Origin: a virus
Taxonomy: Duplodnaviria > Caudoviricetes
Virus record (IMG/VR): IMGVR_UViG_3300043432_000485
Span: 1-64,000 of that record
Direction: 5' to 3' (one strand)
Length of the DNA stretch: 64,000 nt
Each line of letters begins with the position of its first letter. The stretch's first letter is position 1. The translations under genes and the position numbers were made by a program. Under the pieces are notes generated by a model. It saw only the letters and a list, made by a program, of their open reading frames with translations. It did no database searches and was not told the origin of the DNA. Shown here piece after piece: positions 61,928 to 64,000 of the stretch.

Positions 61928-62589
61928 TCCCGACTAACATCCAGGCTGCCATCGACGCATGCGAGTTCACACTAGGGTCGGACGAGTGCGGACTCGGAAG
62001 CTGGGCCGGTCCCCTCTGCGTATGTGCGGCAGTCACGCCCAGGGATTGGAAGTACCCAGGGGTGATGGACTCAAAGCAGCTCACGCGAGCCGCCCGAGAG
62101 AAGGTCTACCCGAAGTTGATCGAGGAGGTCACCTTCTACTACGTTCAAATCGAACCCCAGGAGATCGATTCTCTGGGAGTGGGGGCAGCGCTGAGGCAGG
62201 GGCACATGCTGGCCACTCTAGCGGCTATCAGGAGCCACCAAGAGAAGGGCCACACCGATACCCCATGTTGCATTGTGGATGGCACCAAGCCTGTGCCAAT
62301 GCCTCCTGGATACCCGGTGATCTTGACACTACCCAAAGCGGATGCTCTGATCCCGGCTGTGAGCGCGGCCAGCATCATCGCCAAAGTCCGACATGATTGG
62401 GAGATGGATGAGCTGGATCGAAAGTACCCAGGATACTCCCTAAGCAAGGGAGCCGGATATGGGACAGCCGCCCATCAGGAAGGACTGAAGAAGTTGGGTT
62501 GCAGCCCCGCTCACCGTATGAGCTACGCCCCCATGAAGGACATGCTCAAGAATGCGGAGTCAGACATCTTCGCAGGCATGGAGGAGTGA
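61924..62589 (+). CDS. rnhB: Ribonuclease HII
   Basis: GSDECG.G.WAGP, DSKQL, VDG, KAD..AVSAASIIAKV, GYGT..H, HR.SY.P. Confidence 0.92.
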   Translation: MIPTNIQAAIDACEFTLGSDECGLGSWAGPLCVCAAVTPRDWKYPGVMDSKQLTRAAREKVYPKLIEEVTFYYVQIEPQEIDSLGVGAALRQGHMLATLAAIRSHQEKGHTDTPCCIVDGTKPVPMPPGYPVILTLPKADALIPAVSAASIIAKVRHDWEMDELDRKYPGYSLSKGAGYGTAAHQEGLKKLGCSPAHRMSYAPMKDMLKNAESDIFAGMEE

Positions 62590-63287
62590 TGAGGACCCTC
62601 CCCGGAAAAATCACCCTCACTGAGTTCATCTTGGAGGCAGCCAATCGGCTGTCAAATCCTAACCCCCAGTTGAAGACTCTGTTACATACTGCTCTAGAGA
62701 CGTCAGATCCGAGAAGCTGGCGCGAGGTGCTGAACCACGTTTTGTGCTGCAAGAATGCCTCGGATGCCGCCCTGGAAGATGAATATTGGGTACCGTCTTA
62801 CATCCCAGGTTTTGATGTCTCTAATCTTGGTCGCGTGAGATCACATGTGTGGTGGAGATCCGGAAAAACTAGACCAGATCGTTCGTATCTCCCCAAGTTG
62901 CGCCACCCCACTAGGAATAAGGATGGGCATCTGTGTTTGGGGGTTCACGTGGAGGGAGTTCACAGCTCTCATTTCGTCCACACTCTGGTTTGCACAGCCT
63001 TTCATGGGCCAAGACCTGATCCTGAATTGGTATGCAGGCATCTCGACGGCAATCCAGAGAACAATAAGCCAGGGAACCTCGCTTGGGGCACATCCGAAGA
63101 GAACGTCGCAGACGCTATTCGTCATGGGCGCCGCAGGTCAGGAGCCGCGAGTAGTTGTGCAGCACTGACTGAAGGTGATGTGGCTTACATCTTGTCTAGC
63201 TCAGCTACTGGAACGGCTCTGTCAGAAGAACTGGGAGTCTCTCAGGCCACCGTGAGTCGAGTCAGGAGTGGAGTCCGTTATGGCTAA
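62589..63287 (+). CDS. NUMOD4-HNH homing endonuclease
   Basis: VSNLGRVRS; VHTLV..AF.GP..RHLDGN..NN...NL.W. Confidence 0.85.
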   Translation: MRTLPGKITLTEFILEAANRLSNPNPQLKTLLHTALETSDPRSWREVLNHVLCCKNASDAALEDEYWVPSYIPGFDVSNLGRVRSHVWWRSGKTRPDRSYLPKLRHPTRNKDGHLCLGVHVEGVHSSHFVHTLVCTAFHGPRPDPELVCRHLDGNPENNKPGNLAWGTSEENVADAIRHGRRRSGAASSCAALTEGDVAYILSSSATGTALSEELGVSQATVSRVRSGVRYG

Positions 63288-64000
63288 GCCCATGACCAAA
63301 TGGGTTGGCGGGAAGACTCAACTCCTCCCCGATCTAATACGTCTTATTCCAGCCACTAAGGGAACCTACTATGAGCCTTTTGTTGGAGGCGGGGCTGTCT
63401 TTTGGAGACTTCAAGAGCTGGGCCGATTCGGTCGTGCAGTCCTGAACGACGTCAACCCCGAAGTGATCAACACCTATATGATGGTCCGAGATCAGCTGCC
63501 TGGTCTGATCGAGCGCCTTGATCTGGTGCTGGGTCTACCGTGGAACACGTCTGAGTACTTCTACGAAGTGCGCGCCAGCAAGCCGTCGCAACCGATCGAT
63601 CGCGCGGTCCGGTTCCTCTACCTGCTCAAGACGTGCTTCAATGGGCTCTATCGCATCAACCGCAAAGGCGAGTTCAACACGCCGTTCGGAAAGTACACGA
63701 ACCCCAAGCTCTACAGCGCAACCGAGTTGCAAGCCTGCTCGGTTGCGCTGCAAGGTGTCGAGCTGCGGGTCGGTAACTTCCGTGATGCGGTGAGCGACGT
63801 CCAAGCCGGGGACGTCGTGTACTTTGACCCGCCTTACGTGCCACTATCCTCAACAGCAAACTTCACCGCGTACGCTGGCCAGTTCGGTCCGCAAGAACAG
63901 CAGGAGCTGGCTGACACGTTCCGCGCGTTAGTCGCCCGAGGAGTGGTGTGTGTACAATCCAACTCAGATGCCCCGTTGGTCCGTGAGCTGTACAGTGACT
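63280..64000 (+). CDS. dam: Dam-family DNA adenine methyltransferase (runs off window end)
   Basis: KWVGGK, YEPFVGGGAV, NDVN, CFNGLYR, YFDPPY; not in supplied ORF track. Confidence 0.93.
   Translation, partial: MAKPMTKWVGGKTQLLPDLIRLIPATKGTYYEPFVGGGAVFWRLQELGRFGRAVLNDVNPEVINTYMMVRDQLPGLIERLDLVLGLPWNTSEYFYEVRASKPSQPIDRAVRFLYLLKTCFNGLYRINRKGEFNTPFGKYTNPKLYSATELQACSVALQGVELRVGNFRDAVSDVQAGDVVYFDPPYVPLSSTANFTAYAGQFGPQEQQELADTFRALVARGVVCVQSNSDAPLVRELYSD

Noticed and set aside
1-64000. Genome-wide TAG reassignment (genetic code 15/16)
   Set aside because: Many genes end at TAG with family-typical C-termini or run straight into opposite-strand genes (pth2, EamA, lysozyme, 11862 gene), and long genes contain no internal TAG.
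1-64000. CRISPR array, rRNA, additional tRNAs, IS/transposase or integrase
   Set aside because: No regular repeat-spacer pattern, second cloverleaf or recombinase motif was found by eye. A weak or degenerate tRNA could have been missed.

Overview
This is a 64 kb segment of a large (jumbo-type) dsDNA phage genome, with no core structural or replication operon in view; a myxobacterial-type host is inferred, not shown. It is densely packed with short accessory genes. These cover RNA/tRNA repair and translation (CCA-type nucleotidyltransferase, headless CCA-HD protein, RNA ligase, two PTH2-like genes, RlmN-like radical SAM enzyme, 2H phosphoesterase) and NAD/ADP-ribose/CoA metabolism (NrtR, NMNAT-like, NAD kinase, NADAR, CoaD, NDT). 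The window also has several proteases, two peptidoglycan hydrolases, PhoH, RNase HII, Dam and about 12 free-standing homing endonucleases. The main find is a complete amber-suppressor tRNA (anticodon CUA, 45239..45313, minus strand) in a genome that otherwise uses TAG as a normal stop. Four nearby reading frames carry in-frame TAGs, three of them in one operon. That operon's leader peptide must be read through its TAG to reach an RGPP motif whose Pro codons sequester the next gene's Shine-Dalgarno, which suggests a suppressor-tRNA-gated operon. A recurrent GGTG-TAnnnn promoter motif, tandem NrtR-type operators and recurrent short protein motifs are also visible. All calls come from manual reading of motifs; no database search was run.
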